Assembly: GCA_965112735.1 (NCBI GenBank)
Contig: OZ218952.1
Coordinates: 3,720,001 to 3,784,000 of the forward strand
DNA from: Phaeosaccion multiseriatum
Taxonomy: Eukaryota; Protista; Ochrophyta, other classes
Length of the DNA stretch: 64,000 bases
Reading direction: 5' to 3'
Shown here: positions 61,867-64,000 of the stretch, one piece after another
How positions within the stretch are numbered: the stretch's first letter is position 1
Layout: each line of letters begins with the position of its first letter
Translations under genes and position numbers: made by a program
The notes under the pieces: model-generated
The model's database searches: none
Told to the model about the DNA's origin: nothing
What the model saw: only the letters and a program-made list of their open reading frames with translations

Positions 61867-62376
61867 AAAGATGGCAGCACAAGGGCTTGTTGTTTGCAGG
61901 TGCTTAACCCCCGTCTATTCCCCTTGTTTGGGGGAAGTAACCTATCTATAATAGAGACTTCTCTTGTCGGAGAGATTTTGATCCTCACATGTAGTGCTGT
62001 CTCCTCCCCACCCTTTACTACTGGAGCAAGCCACAGCACCCCCTCCGTGGAGACCACGCGCAACGTCACAGCCGCACATAGTGGCACAGCCGAAAATAGT
62101 CCCCTACTCCCCCCCCCCCTTAGTCACTAACCCCCCCCCCAACTGTGCCAACTCCTCTGGCGACGGAGTCACGCCTCGTCACCAAGAGAAGAGGGGCAGA
62201 GGGCGGTGGACAGAAGGGCAGTGGACAAGATGCCCATTTGATAAGATGACCACAGGACCAGAGAACAAAAGATGACCACATGACCACATGACCCGAGAAC
62301 AAAAGATGAGATGAGCTGGGAGGAGTTCACACTAGATTAGATGCCAATACTCAAAAAGCCACTCTGCGGTGTGTTA

Positions 62377-62653
62377 TTAAAAGCCACTCTGCGGTGTGTT
62401 ATTGAGTCTGTTCATGGCCGCGCGCACTTCGCGCATTCCGTTTGCGATATCGGTTGCCGCCGCTGGGCCTTCCCACCCCACCCCCGCCGCCCTGCTTGAA
62501 GTGCTTCCGGGCATGCCACCCTCCCTCCCCTCTGGACCCTCCGTCTCACTGCCGTAACTGCCGTAACTGCCGTAACTGCCTCGCAAGGGGGCGCCTCGCC
62601 TCGTCTTGCCTGCCTTCTTTTTGATGACCTAAGAGAGAGAGAGATAAGAGAGC

Positions 62654-62685
<32 letters not shown>

Positions 62686-64000
62686 CAGGTAAGAGCAAGT
62701 CTTCACAACACAGTCAAGTTCGGGCCATTTGGGATCCATTGGGGGGCCACCAGGGGGAAGGGAGAGGGGAAGACTTGGGCATCTAATGGAACTAACCTGA
62801 TACCCAACCACGAGCGCGAGGCCCACCATTAGGAGCGGCGCCCTCATCCAGCTGATGTCCACCTCCTTCGGTTGGTACGGAAGCTGCGCATCAAACAGGA
62901 GAACAACAGAGGAGTCCGCTCGACCGCTGCTCCTGCTGCGACCGCCGCTGCCGCCACCGCATACGGACAGGAGGAAGGAGGAGTCTCGGCTGAAGCCCAC
63001 GGGAGAGACATGCACATGCAGGTAGTCTCCTGCCCCTCCTCCTGCTGCGGCGACGGCCACCTCCTCCTCCTCCTCCTCCTCCTCCTCCTCCTCCTCCTCC
63101 TCCTCCTCCTCCTCCTCCTTCCCTACCTCTCTTCCCTCCTCTAACCACCCCGCCATCGCCCCAGCGCCAGTCTGCTCGTACAATTGCTCTATGCCCGTCC
63201 GCCCTACGCTTGTCGTGTTGTACACCGCAAAAGAGGAAGGAGTCGTCACAAGCACGTATCCTCTCACTGCAATCAGTGACGTCACGCCCCCCTCTGAGAG
63301 AGGAAGTGACATGCCGCCACTGCCGCCGCCACCGGAGAGGAGATCTATTTGCTGCAGGACAGAGCAGCCCCCCTCCACCCCGGGGCCTCCTACGTCCTCT
63401 CCAATGTTCTGCTCAGAGAGAGAGAGAGACAGACAGAGAGAGTGAGACGAGACAGAGACAAGAGAGAAGGAGAGGGACCGAGACAGAGACGGGAAAAACA
63501 CACATCCGAGAAGGAGAAGAGAGCGACGTAGAAGAGCGCCTCATCACTACAAACAAACCCACAGGATGAGGGGATGAGGGGATGAGGGGACAGGGCGAAG
63601 AGACCACGAACGACGGCCACGCACGCATCCCTCTTTCCTGCTCCCTCCCTCCCTCCCTCCCTCCCTCCCTCCCTCCCTCCCTCGCTCGCTCTTCTGTTGT
63701 CTGCCCCCTGCCATCTCTCCCCCCCCCGCCTTCCTTCCGTCTCTCTCTCTCTCCTGACAACAGAAACACACTCCAGAGGAAGAATGAATGCTCTACTCGT
63801 GCGCTCTACTCTCATCCTCCTGCTTGACCTTAGTGCCTGACCTTAGTGGGAGCTCGAGTGTAGAAGACCGCCATCGCCCCGCTCTCGTACCCCACGTACA
63901 GGTACGAGCTCACCAGGGCGTCGAAGGCAAGCGCTGGTGTGGCCGTGTGAGACGGGCGGGGACGACCGAGTGAGGTAAGGGGAGGGGAAGGGAGGAGCGG
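62377..64000 (-). CDS. Partial (3' end) membrane-anchored protein with beta-propeller-like segments
   Basis: Exons ~63933-63842 (ALAFDALVSSYLYVGYESG), ~63410-62797 (ending in TM WMRAPLLMVGLALVVGYQ) and 62628-62377 (VIKKKAGK...stop). The 5' part lies outside the window. Confidence 0.6.

Noticed and set aside
1-64000. tRNA/rRNA genes, telomeric arrays or an autonomous transposase/RT
   Set aside because: None was recognisable by eye. A tRNAscan/Infernal/RepeatMasker run would be needed to exclude them formally.

Overview
Gene-dense, intron-rich eukaryotic nuclear DNA full of microsatellites. It is most consistent with a photosynthetic, flagellated stramenopile/ochrophyte: one protein has a bipartite signal peptide with an 'AAF' plastid-targeting motif, and ciliary genes TMEM17 and a CCDC77-like gene are present. 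About 17 protein genes could be spliced by eye: the 3' end of a formate/nitrite transporter, a prolyl 4-hydroxylase with a VHL-like C-terminal domain, NDUFB9, a polyQ protein, a HAD hydrolase, CCDC77-like, YaaA, a sterol desaturase/hydroxylase, an F-box + cytochrome b5 protein, PCCB, TMEM17, a plastid-targeted orphan, a low-complexity ORF, an ankyrin protein, an LRR-ROC-COR + trypsin-like protease, a PPR-SMR protein, and a partial membrane-anchored protein. Most short ORFs in the supplied track are microsatellite artefacts. The most unusual signal is the 11-mer GTTGGTGATAC, usually CAG-TTGGTGATA-CAG inside CAG-rich tracts. It occurs 13 times exactly, on both strands, in three reading frames and in introns, so it appears to act at the DNA/RNA level. 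Also notable are a 29.5-33.6 kb island (two MITE-like elements, tandem repeats, a ~215-nt miRNA-like foldback and a captured PCCB exon fragment) and a ROCO-protease head-to-head with a recently amplified PPR-SMR array. All calls come from motif recognition by eye; no database searches were run.
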